From assembly GCA_964555315.1 (NCBI GenBank), contig CAZKSD010000001.1, positions 1 to 56,735 of the forward strand: a stretch of 56,735 nucleotides of DNA. The letters run 5' to 3'. This document shows, piece after piece, positions 1-10,500 of this stretch. The stretch is from an uncultured Dechloromonas sp. GTDB lineage: Bacteria > Pseudomonadota > Gammaproteobacteria > Burkholderiales > Rhodocyclaceae. A model generated the notes under the pieces. It was not told where the DNA came from. It ran no database searches and was given only the letters and a program-made list of their open reading frames with translations. Numbering within the stretch: the first letter of the stretch is position 1; the number at the start of each line of letters is the position of its first letter. Both the position numbers and the translations under genes were made by a program.

Positions 1-1
1 C

Positions 2-1582
2 TTCCTGCATCCGGAAACCTACAAGAAGATCGCCGGGATGCTGGACGAGAAGCGCAGGGAGCGTGAGCAGTTCATCGCTGCCGCCGTGGCCAAGGTCAGC
101 GCCGAACTGGAGGCAGCCGGCGTGCACAATGCGCAGGTCTACGGTCGGCCCAAGCACATCTACAGTATCTGGAACAAGATGCGCCACAAGGGGATCGAGT
201 TTTCGGAGGTGTACGACATCCGTGCGCTGCGCATCATCGTCGACGACCTCAAGGACTGCTACACGGCACTCGGCATTGTGCATAACCTGTGGTCGCCGAT
301 TCCCAAGGAATTCGACGATTACATTTCCAATCCCAAGGGCAACTTCTACCGCTCGCTGCACACGGCAGTTCATTGTCCGGACGGACGCAGCCTGGAGATC
401 CAGATTCGCACGTCGGAAATGCACAAGCACGCCGAACTCGGCGTCGCCGCGCACTGGCGCTACAAGGAAGGGCACAAGCGGACGACCGAGGACGAATACG
501 ACGAGAAGATTGCCTGGTTGCGCCAGTTGCTGACCTGGAAGGACGAAGTCGCCGACAGTTCCGACTGGATCAGTCACTACAAGAAGGCGGCGCTCGACGA
601 AACGCTCTACGTGATCACCCCGCAGGGGAAGGTTGTCGATCTGGGCAAGGGGGCGACGCCGGTCGACTTCGCCTATCGCGTGCATACCGATCTCGGTCAC
701 CGCTGCCGCGGCGCCAGGGTCGACGGGCAACTGGTGACGCTCAATACGCCGCTGCAAACCGGGCAGCGCGTCGAAATCATCACCGCCAAGCACGGCGGAC
801 CATCGCGCGACTGGCTGAATCCCGCGCTCGGCTACATCCATACCAAGAGCGCGCGGATCAAGGTAAGGGCGTGGTTCTCCAACCTGGCGCTCGAGGAAAC
901 CCTGGTCGAGGGCCGGGCCATTGTCGGCAAGGAACTGCAGCGCCTCGGGCTGACCGGCGCGAACATGGATGAACTCGCCCACAAGCTCGGCTTCTCGCGG
1001 CCCGATGACCTGCAGATTGCCGCGGCACGCGGCGAACTGAACATGCGGCAGTTTCAGTTCGCCGCGCGCGGCGGCAATCCGCTGGCCGAGACGCTGCTGC
1101 CGGACGAGGTGCTGGCCAAGCCGAGCCGGCCGGCCAAGGGCAATCAGGGCATCCTGATCGTCGGCGTCGACAAGTTGCTGACGCAGCTTGCCCGTTGCTG
1201 CAAGCCGGCGCCGCCGGACGAGATTCAGGGTTTTATCACGCGCGGCAAGGGTGTTTCGATCCACCGCATGGATTGTTCCAACTTCGCCAACCTGCTCGCG
1301 CAGCATCCGGAACGCGTCATCGAAACCACCTGGGGCGGCCAGACGACAGGCGTCTTCGCCGCCGACATCGTCGTCGACGCCCACGACCGCCAGGGGCTGC
1401 TGCGCGACATTTCCGAGATCTTCACGCGGGAAAAGCTCAACGTCGTCGGCGTCAATACCCAGTCGAAGCAGGGCAAGGCGCACATGGGATTCACCGTCGA
1501 GATCACCAACCTGCCGCAGTTGCAGCGCACGCTGACGCTGATTCACGAGGTCGAAGGCGTGGTCGGCGTGCGCCGGGCCTGA
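2..1582 (+). CDS. relA: (p)ppGpp synthetase RelA, 5'-truncated by window edge
   Basis: Frame open from nt 2. Synthetase motifs GRPKHIYSIWNKM, DIRALRII, YRSLHT, EIQIRT, AAHWRYKEG, then TGS (TPVDFAYRVHTDLGHRC), Cys motif RCCKP and C-terminal ACT (DRQGLLRDI). Confidence 0.95.
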   Translation, partial: FLHPETYKKIAGMLDEKRREREQFIAAAVAKVSAELEAAGVHNAQVYGRPKHIYSIWNKMRHKGIEFSEVYDIRALRIIVDDLKDCYTALGIVHNLWSPIPKEFDDYISNPKGNFYRSLHTAVHCPDGRSLEIQIRTSEMHKHAELGVAAHWRYKEGHKRTTEDEYDEKIAWLRQLLTWKDEVADSSDWISHYKKAALDETLYVITPQGKVVDLGKGATPVDFAYRVHTDLGHRCRGARVDGQLVTLNTPLQTGQRVEIITAKHGGPSRDWLNPALGYIHTKSARIKVRAWFSNLALEETLVEGRAIVGKELQRLGLTGANMDELAHKLGFSRPDDLQIAAARGELNMRQFQFAARGGNPLAETLLPDEVLAKPSRPAKGNQGILIVGVDKLLTQLARCCKPAPPDEIQGFITRGKGVSIHRMDCSNFANLLAQHPERVIETTWGGQTTGVFAADIVVDAHDRQGLLRDISEIFTREKLNVVGVNTQSKQGKAHMGFTVEITNLPQLQRTLTLIHEVEGVVGVRRA

Positions 1583-1598
1583 AACACGAGGAGCGCTC

Positions 1599-1781
1599 AT
1601 GAAAGGAAACTTCGCCGCCATCGCCCTGACCGTCATCGGTGTGGTGGCCCTTGCCGTCAATCTGGACCTGGTCGAACTCGATATCGTCGCCCTGTTGCGC
1701 AAGTGGTGGCCGCTCGCCCTGATCGGGGTGGGCCTGGCCTTGTTCTTCACTCCCGACGACAGTGGGCGGAAGCGCCCGTGA
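1599..1781 (+). CDS. Small two-TM membrane protein (LiaF/DUF5668-like)
   Basis: GAGGAG RBS, two hydrophobic segments and a WWPLALIGVG motif. Confidence 0.75.
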   Translation: MKGNFAAIALTVIGVVALAVNLDLVELDIVALLRKWWPLALIGVGLALFFTPDDSGRKRP

Positions 1782-1911
1782 TCATAGGGATCCTGCCCCG
1801 CGGGAAGAGCGAGATGTAGCGGCGGGGCGGCAATTGTCCGGGAACACGCTGCGCCAGGCCCTGGACTTCGGCCAACAGGCCCAGTCCGGACAGTCTTGGT
1901 TCAGCAATCAC

Positions 1912-2688
1912 TCAGCGGAGGGCGGGCGGCGACCGGGGAGCGGGAGTGTCGTCACCTGGCCCCCGGATGGTCAAATACATGCGCTTGGTTCCATTCGCCG
2001 AACTGCTGCGCACTGAAGCCCCAAATTTCCTGGTGCCTGACCTGATTCGATAGACCTGTTGAAGCTGGGTGACCAGTTCGACATAGTTGCGTGTTTCAGG
2101 ATAAGGCGGAATCGTGTTCCGGTACTGCTGAACTGCCCCCTCACCGGCGTTGTACGAGGCGATCACGAGATCCTGCTGCCCGGGAAAAAGCTTGAAAAGG
2201 TCTGCGAGGTAGCGCGTGCCGAGACGTATGTTGGTTTTCGGGTCTTGCAACTTCTGTTCGATGGACTTTTTCCGGTCACTCAGCAAGCCGTAGCGTTCCG
2301 CGGTCGAGGGCATGATCTGCATTAAGCCGATTGCGCCTTTGGGCGAGACGGCGTCCGGATTGAACCCGGATTCCGCTGCCATGATCGCCTTGAGCAAGGC
2401 CAGTTCGACCGCAAACTCGATGCTCGCGGTCTTCAGCATCGGCTCATAGGTTTTCAGGTTGGGATGCTCCATCAGCCGGTTTGCCAGTGCCTGCTTTCCG
2501 CGCCCCGAGGGGTCCAGTTCGAGCGATCCGAACCGGTTTCCCCGCACCAGCAACTGGTAACGCGCATCCGATTTATCGGCGGAAAAATGCGAGACGCCCT
2601 GCTCATCGACATAGCCATAGATGTCCGCGTGGCCGCTGGTCGAGGCGAGGGTCAGAAGGAATATGGCAACGAGTCTGGGATGCGTCAT
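1912..2688 (-). CDS. Exported lytic transglycosylase (SLT domain with DUF4124-like N-terminus)
   Basis: Signal peptide from ATG 2688 (MTHPRLVAIFLL..GHA|DIY). SLT motifs AESGFNPDAVSPKGAIGLMQIMP, ASYNAGEG, ETRNYV. Confidence 0.9.
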   Translation of the reverse strand: MTHPRLVAIFLLTLASTSGHADIYGYVDEQGVSHFSADKSDARYQLLVRGNRFGSLELDPSGRGKQALANRLMEHPNLKTYEPMLKTASIEFAVELALLKAIMAAESGFNPDAVSPKGAIGLMQIMPSTAERYGLLSDRKKSIEQKLQDPKTNIRLGTRYLADLFKLFPGQQDLVIASYNAGEGAVQQYRNTIPPYPETRNYVELVTQLQQVYRIRSGTRKFGASVRSSSANGTKRMYLTIRGPGDDTPAPRSPPALR

Positions 2689-3103
2689 CGGGCCTTGGGC
2701 GCAGAGAACGGGTCGACCTGTGCTTGTCCAGATCGCCTTTGTCAAGGGAGTCTATCATCAAGTCTGCTGACAATCTTCCTGACAAGGCCGGGATGTTTAC
2801 CGGTGGTACATCGGTCGGGCACACCACAATGCGCCACTGCCTCAAGGTTAGATCGGCTCCGGTTGTGTATGTCAGTGAATATGAGCAACTCTCCCGGCGT
2901 CATAAGCACGCATTCCGTTGCTCATGAGCATTGCGGAAGCAATGTGCGAATCGCACTGACCAAACCCCCATTCTCAACGTAGTTGACCTCTTGATCGCAT
3001 CAGAACCGACCACGCTGAATCTGGCTGGCCTGACATAGGGCAACTGGACATTGACTGAGGGGTTTCTCCATCAATACAAAAATAGGGTTACCCATACACG
3101 CAG

Positions 3104-3138
3104 CCTGGGCTCGGATTGGCGAAGCCAAACGAGCCAGG
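3104..3138. repeat. REP-like imperfect hairpin with GAA loop downstream of hlyD
   Basis: cctgggctcggattggc-gaa-gccaaacgagccagg, followed by a second gcgaagc. Confidence 0.5.
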
Positions 3139-3169
3139 AGGCAAGCGAAGCGCGGCAGGCGAGGAACGC

Positions 3170-4534
3170 TTAGCGCTCCCGCCCAGCCTCATGCCAAGCC
3201 TTCCTAACCGGCGACAGCAAATACTCCAGCACCGTCCGATCCCCCAGCCTGATCTCGGCATTGGTCTGCATCCCCGCCGAGAGTGCGAAACGCTCGCCAT
3301 CCATCTCCAGATTCATGCCCTTGAGCGCCACCAGCGCCTTGTAGACCAGCGGCTGGTTCTTCCTGGCCGGATCGTTCTGGGTAGTGCTGCTGCCGTTGTT
3401 GGCATCGGCCGCGTCGGCGCTGACATGCTCGACCCGGCCTTCCGCCATCCCGTACTTCTGGAACGGAAAGGCGGCAAACTTGAGCTTGACCGGCTGTCCC
3501 TCGCGCGCGAAGCCGATGTCCTCATTGCTGACCCAGACTTCGGCACGCAGGGTTTCATCCTTCGGCACCAAGGTCAGCAGCACCGTCCCCGGTTGCACGA
3601 CGGTGCCGGCGGTATGGGTAGCCAGATCCTTGACCACACCATCCTGCGGCGCCTTCAATTCCAGCAAGTCCTGTTTGTGGGATAGCTTGGCCAGTTCCTG
3701 CGCCAGCTTGTCGGCCTGACCCTGAATCTCGTTGCGTTCGACGTGCAGCGCCCGGCGGTAGTCGGATTCGATCTGGGCGAGTTTCTTTTCCGATTGCTGG
3801 CGGCTGGCCTTGGCCGATTCGATCAGGAAGGTTTGCGTTTGCAGTTCCTGTTCCTTCTCGACGCGCTCCCGTCGTTTGTCGCTGGCCATCAGCGAACCGG
3901 CAAAGCCGTCCTTGACGAGTTTCTCGTAGGCTTTGTCCTGCTCGCGGTAATGCGGCACGGTCTCTTCGAGTTTCTTCTTGACCTGCTCGGCCGCCGATAT
4001 TTCCTGCTTGGCCTTGACCAGGCGTGAACGTTCTTCGGCCAGTGCGGCTTCGAAGGCGATGCGGTTGGCGTGGTATTGCGCGGCGACTTCCTCGGCCAGT
4101 TGGGGTGGGTCGCCGTCGTGGCGTTTGAACGACTGCCCCGACAGTTCGGCTTCGATGCGGCGTAGCGTCAGTCGTTTGCGTTGATACTCGGCCTCAATCG
4201 ACTTGGCGTCGGCATCGGTAATCAGGGCATCCATGCGTAACAGCACCTGGCCGGCTTTGACGTTTTGTCCTTCGCGCACCAGGATGTCCTTGACGATGCC
4301 GGCCTCGGCCGGCTGGACGATCTTCAGGTAGGTCTCGGGGATCAGCTTGCCTTCGGCGACGGCGACGATGTCGAGACGGCCGAGGATGGCCCACCGCAAG
4401 AGGGCCAGAAGCAGGATCAGCAGCGCCCACAGCACCTTGTGACCCAGCGGATTGGGTGGGCTGTCCTGCAGGCGCAGGAGGGGTGGCGAGAAGTCGAGCG
4501 GATTGGCTTCGGTCTTGGGAATCAGGGCATTCAT
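3170..4534 (-). CDS. hlyD: HlyD-family type I secretion membrane fusion protein
   Basis: Single N-terminal TM, LDIVAVAEGKL, VKDILVREGQNVKAGQVL lipoyl-like motif, coiled coil, APQDGVV, FAAFPFQKYG, YLLSP..ER end. Probable ATG at 4534. Confidence 0.95.
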   Translation of the reverse strand: MNALIPKTEANPLDFSPPLLRLQDSPPNPLGHKVLWALLILLLALLRWAILGRLDIVAVAEGKLIPETYLKIVQPAEAGIVKDILVREGQNVKAGQVLLRMDALITDADAKSIEAEYQRKRLTLRRIEAELSGQSFKRHDGDPPQLAEEVAAQYHANRIAFEAALAEERSRLVKAKQEISAAEQVKKKLEETVPHYREQDKAYEKLVKDGFAGSLMASDKRRERVEKEQELQTQTFLIESAKASRQQSEKKLAQIESDYRRALHVERNEIQGQADKLAQELAKLSHKQDLLELKAPQDGVVKDLATHTAGTVVQPGTVLLTLVPKDETLRAEVWVSNEDIGFAREGQPVKLKFAAFPFQKYGMAEGRVEHVSADAADANNGSSTTQNDPARKNQPLVYKALVALKGMNLEMDGERFALSAGMQTNAEIRLGDRTVLEYLLSPVRKAWHEAGRER

Positions 4535-4552
4535 TGCGTGTTTCTTGGAAGA

Positions 4553-4586
4553 ACCTGTGTGGTGGCGGTGAAGCCACCACACAGGT
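4553..4586 (-). terminator. Perfect 14-bp stem-loop between RTX and hlyD (attenuator or mRNA-stabilising hairpin)
   Basis: acctgtgtggtggc-ggtgaa-gccaccacacaggt. Only a weak pyrimidine tail (tcttcc) follows on the minus strand. Confidence 0.6.
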
Positions 4587-4598
4587 CAAGGGCTGCTT

Positions 4599-7500
4599 TT
4601 ACGACAGACGGACGGACCCGGTTTGCAGGCTGACGAGCGAATTCAGCGTCTGCGGGTTGGTGCCCAAGTTGGCATCGGACAGCGTGGCGAGCGCCGGCGT
4701 CACGCCAATCCCGGCCAGGGTGCCGTTCCTGCCGTACTGGTAGGCAAGGTCACCACCCAATGCCGCCGTATCCGAGCCGGCCAGCTGGAAGCTGGTCAGG
4801 CCGTTGGTCAATGCCCAACTGGTCAAGCCACTGTTCGCCGCGCGGGCGGCGTCGAAGGCACCGACCAGGCCGGCGAAGTTGAAGTTCTCCACCTTCTGGT
4901 CCAATAGCGGATTGCTACCGCCTTGTACGAACCCGGCCATGGCTTCGGCCATCACTTGCAGCTTGGCGACCGGCTTCGAGGGGGTGGCCGCATACCAGTC
5001 CTTGAAGGTGATCTGGTCGGTCGCACCGACCTTGAGGACGAGGTCGTTGGTGGACTTGGTGAACACGAGATCGGCATAGGTCAGGCCGGCACCGCCCAGG
5101 GAAATCGTGTCGCTGCCGGTACCGCCGGTGGCAAACGTATCCTGCCCATCGCCCTTGTTGAACAGGACGATGTCGTTGCCGGCGCCGGTGGTATAGGTGT
5201 CGTTGCCGAGGCCGCCGAGGAGTATCTCGGCAGCAGTACCGCCGGTGATCGTGTCGGTACCTGCCCCGCCGTTGAACAGTGCCGTGCCGGAGGTGTCGGT
5301 CAGGATGTCGTTGCCGTCGCCGCCTTCGAGGATGTCGTTGCCGGTGCCGCCGTTCAGGGTATTGACCGCGGTATTGCCGCGCACCAAGTTGTTGAGCGTG
5401 TTGCCGGTGCCGTTGATGGCGCCGGTACCCGTCAGGAGCAGGTTCTCGACGTTGGTGGTCAGCGTCAATGTGACACTGGACTGGATGGTGTCGTTGCCGG
5501 CGCTCGCGGCTTCGGTGACGACATCGGTGCTGACGTTCACCACGTAGACGTCGTCGCCCAGGCCGCCGACCATGGTGTCGTTGCCGGTGCCGCCATCGAG
5601 CGTGTCGTTGCCGTCGCCACCGGTCAGGGTGTTGTTGGCGCTGTTGCCGGTGAGGACATTGTCGAGGGCGTTGCCGGTGGCGTTGATGGCGGTCGTGCCG
5701 GTCAGGGTCAGGTTCTCCGCATTGGCCGCGAGGGTGTAGGTGACACTGGACTGGACGAGGTTGGTGCCTTCGCCGGCGAGTTCGGTCACGACGTCAGCCG
5801 TGTTGTCGACGACGTAGGTGTCGTTGCCGGCACCGCCGATCATCGTATCGGCCCCGGTGCCGCCGGACAGGGTGTCGTTGCCGGCGCCACCGGTGAGTGT
5901 GTTGGCGGCGGTATTGCCGGTCAGCACGTTGTCGAGGGCGTTGCCGGTGCCGTTGATTGCCGTAGTGCCAGTCAAGGTCAGGTTCTCGACATTGGCCGCG
6001 AGGGTGTAGGTGACACTGGACTGGACGAGGTCGGTGCCTTCGTTGAGGTTTTCCGTGACGACGTCGGCGGTGTTGTCGACGACATAGGTGTCGTTGCCCG
6101 CGCCACCGATCATTGTGTCGGCCCCGGTGCCGCCGGACAGGGTGTTGGCGACACTGTTGCCGGTAAGGGTGTTGTTCAAGGTGTTGCCGGTGCCGTTGAT
6201 GGTGCTGGTACCGGTCAACACCAGATTCTCGACGTTGTTGCCCAGCGTCAGGGTGACCGAACTGTTGACGGTATCGACCCCTTCGTTGGCGGCCTCGGTT
6301 ACCACGTCGGAGGTGCTGTCGACGAAATAGGTATCGTCGCCTGCGCCGCCAACCATCGTGTCGTTGCCGGCCCCCCCGTTCAGGGTGTCATTGCCGGCAC
6401 CACCGGTCAGCGTATTGACCGCGCCGTTGCCGGTCAGGACGTTGTTCAAGGCGTTGCCGGTGCCGTTGATGGCTGTCGTGCCGGTGAGGGTGAGGTTCTC
6501 GACGTTGGCCGCGAGGGTGTGGGTGACGCTCGACTGGACCAGATCGGTGCCTTCGTTGGCAAGTTCTGTCACCACGTCGCTGGTGCTGTCGACCACGTAG
6601 GTGTCGTCGCCTGTTCCCCCGACCATGGTGTCGTTGCCAGTGCCGCCGTTGAGGGTGTCGTTGCCCGCACCGCCGTTGAGGGTGTCGTTACCGGCCAGCC
6701 CGCTGAGGGTGTCGTTGCCGGCTCCGCCATTCAGCGTATCGACACCGGAGGTTCCGGTCAGCGTCAGGTTCTGGACGCTGACCACGAGGTCGAAGATGTC
6801 GGAGGCGATCAAATTGCCGGTGTCCTTGGCCGTTACCTTGACGCTGACTGTCCCGAGGGTCGTCGGGGTGCCGCTGAAGGCCCGGGTGGCAGCGTTGAAG
6901 GTCAGCCATGACGGTAGCGCCGAACCGTCGGCCAGGGTGGCGGAGTAGCTCAGCGTATCGCCGCTGTCGGGATCGGTAAAGGCATTGGACGGCACAGTGT
7001 AGGTAAACGCCGCGCCCTGTGCCGCCGCCTGGTCGCCCAGCGCGGTGGACAACACCGGGGCACGGTTCGGTGCACCGACGGTCATCGTCACGTATTCACC
7101 GGCGGCGTAGTTGTAATTGTCCGTACCCCACAGCGTGAGCTGAAGCGTACCGACGTCGCCGGCTCCCGGCGTTCCGTACAGCGTGCGCGTATTGGCGTCG
7201 AAGGTCAGCCAGGCGGGCAGCGGCGAACCGTCCCGCATGACGAAGCTGTAGGTAATGGAGTCCCAGGAATCCGGGTCGGTAATGGTGGTGGCCGCGACGG
7301 TGTAGCTGAATGTCGAATTGGCACGCGCCTGCAAGGTCGGCAGGTAACTATTCACGGTCGGGGCATGGTTGTTGTTGGCCCGGTCGACGACCGTCTGGAT
7401 CATCGCCTGATCCCACACCACCCCGTTGGCGAACTCGATGTAATCGATCTTGTGGTCGGCGGCTTCACCATCGATGGTGGTCGTGCCGCCATAGTAGTCA

Positions 7501-10500
7501 TAGAAGCCAATCTGGTCGGACGTTCCCTTGATCTTGAGGAACATATGGGTGCCGTACTTGAACGCCAGCACGTCGTTGTCGGTAATTCCGGCACCGAACA
7601 GCAGGGTATCCGCAGCCCCCAGGACATCCGTGGCATCGACGGTGTCCTGGCCGTCGCCGCGGTTGAACACGTAGGTGTCGTCACCCAGGTCGCCGGAGAG
7701 GTAATCGTCGCCCAGCCCACCGGTCAGGGTGTTGTTACCCAAATTGCCCCACAGTCCATTGTCCAGATTGTTGCCGGTGGCAGTCAGATCGTCGTAGCCG
7801 TCGACCGCCAGGCGTTCGAGGTTGGCACCCAGGGTCCAGCTAACCGTGGAGCGCACCATTTCGTAGCCTTCGTTGGCGTTTTCCACGATGACATCGCCGG
7901 CATCATCGATCTCGTAGTAGTCGTCGCCGGCGCCGCCGATCAGCACGTCCTGGCCGACGTCGCCGAACAGGGCATCGGCACCGCCGCCACCGATCAGGGT
8001 GTCGTTGCCTTCCATGCCCCAGAGGTTGTTGTCCGCATCGTTGCCGGTGATGACGTTGTCGAGATCGTTGCCGTTGCCGCGATAGATGGTGCCGGTCAGG
8101 GTCAGGTTCTCGACATCGTTTTCAAGCCCGTGTAGCGTCTCGAAACTGCGGATTTCGGTGTCGATGCCTTCGTCGTAGAATTCCCGGATACGGTCACCTT
8201 CGCTATCGGTGTAGTAGGTATCGTTACCCAGACCACCTGCCGTCCAGTCGTCACCCGCACCACCGTCGAGGATATCGTTACCGCCCTCGCCACTCAGCGA
8301 GTCGTCGCCCAGTCCTCCCGAAAGTCGATTGGCCACATCGTTGCCGACCAGGGTGTTGTCGCTGTCGTTGCCAGTACCGTCGATGTTTGCAGTACCCGTC
8401 AGGAGGAGCCCCTCGAGATTGTCACCGAGGGTATAGGTCAGACCGATCTCCACCGTATCGAATCCACCACCCGAAGTCTCGATAATCTGGTCGGCCAGGG
8501 TATCGAGTACGTAGGTGTCGTTACCGCCCTTGCCTTCGAGAACGTCGATACCGGCACCGCCATCAAGGCGGTTGTTGTAGTCATTCCCGGTTAGCATGTT
8601 GGCCAGATCGTTCCCCGTGCCGTCGATATCCCAGCCCTGATCCTCCAGAACCAGATGCTCGACATTGGCAGACAAGACATAGCTTGCACTGGCCCTGACG
8701 GTGTCGATGCCTTCGTTGAAATTCTCCTGAACGACATCATTGCTTTGGTCGACGAGATAGGTGTCGTCGCCAAGTCCTCCGGCCAGCGTGTCGGCATCGC
8801 TGCCGCCATCGAGAAGATCGTTTCCGGAACCGCCTTCGATGAGGTCGGCGCTTCCGCCACCCCGCAGTTCGTCGTCGCCCGCCAGACCGACAATGTGATT
8901 GGTCGCCTCGTTACCATAGATGACATTGGCGTCGTCATTACCCGTGGCGTTGATGTTGTCGTAGCCTTCCAGTTGCAACTTCTCGACATTCGTCGGCAAC
9001 GTAATGGAAACCCGGCTTTTGATGACATCGTAGCCTTCGCTCGGGGATTCGATCACGACGTCGCCGACATTGTCGACCAGATAGATATCGTCGCCAGCGC
9101 CGCCTGACATGCTGTCGCCATCGGTACCGCCATCAAGGGTATCGTTGCCATCGCCGCCCACCAGCGTATCGGCACCACTCTCACCATACAGCGTGTCGTT
9201 ACCGACACCGCCATCGATCGTGTCGTTTCCTGCGGCGCCGTTGATCGAATCGTTCCCGAGCCCGCCAGCAATGCTGTCGTTACCACCAGTACCGCGTAGA
9301 TCGTCATCGCCGCTGGTGCCGGAGAACAACCTGGCCTTGATCGCGTCGATATTCCAGATCGTTCCGTCTGCAAACCGTACTTCCTGGAGCGGGCTGTAGT
9401 CGCCACCCAGTTCGTCCCACAGGAAGAAGCTGCTGACGGTGATCTTGTCGGTGGTGCCGGCGATGGAGAGTTCCAGCGCACCGCTGCCCCAATAACCATC
9501 GTCGACGCGGCGTGCCACGATTTCCGACGTGGCGACCCCGGCCTTGAACTGGAGGACGTTCAACTTGCCAGCGGTGCCGTCACTGCTGACCAGGCGATCC
9601 TGGCCATCGCCTTTGCCGAACAGATAGAGGTTGTTGCCTGCTCCTCCCGACAAAGAGTCGTTGCCCCCGCCACCGTCGAGCGTGTCGTCGCCGATACCGC
9701 CGTTGAGCGTATCGTCACCCGCGCCGCCGAGCAAGGTATCGCTTCCGTCGTCACCGTTGAGTGTGTCGACCCCGTCGCCGCCATCCAGCGTATCGTTGCC
9801 GCTCGCGCCGCCAAGCACATCGTTGCCCAGACCGCCTGTCAGTGTGTCCGCGCCAATCGTTCCGCGCAGAGTATCGTCGCCCGAGGTGCCCGCGTAAAGC
9901 ATGGCCTTCAGCGTCGCGATATCCCAGATCGTTCCGTCGGCGAATTCGACTTGCTGCACTGGGTTGTAGGATGCTGCCGGGTCGTCGTTGACGAAGAAAC
10001 CGTTGATGGTGATCTTGTCGGTCGTCCCGGCAATGCTCAACTCCAATCCATGATAGCCCCCCCAATTACCGTCCGCAGCCTGCCTGAACAGAATTTCGGA
10101 AGGCAGTACACCCGCCTTGAAGCGGAGGGTATTCAAACGGCCGACGGTAGCGTCACCGACACTGATCTGGTCCTGTCCATCGCCCTTGCCGAACAGGTAA
10201 ACATTGTTGCCTGTGTTGCCGTACAGGATGTCGTTGCCACGGCCGCCGTCGAGGCTGTCGCTGCCTGCCCCACCCGACAGTTGATCATTGCCAGCGCCGC
10301 CGAGCAGCGTATCGTTCCCATCGTCGCCCCACAGCGTATCGTTGCCGTCGCCACCATCCAGCGTATCGTTACCGTTGCCACCGGACAAGTAATCGAGGCC
10401 GGCGCCGCCCAGCAGGGTATCGTTGCCGTCTTCGCCATACAGGGCGTCGTTACCGACGCCCGCGTCCAGCAGGTCGTTCCCGCCGGCACCGCTGAGCATG

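Noticed and set aside
2767-2785. ctgacaa-N5-ctgacaa direct repeat upstream of the transglycosylase as a Pho box
   Set aside because: The period is 12 bp rather than 11; it may be a regulator site but cannot be assigned.
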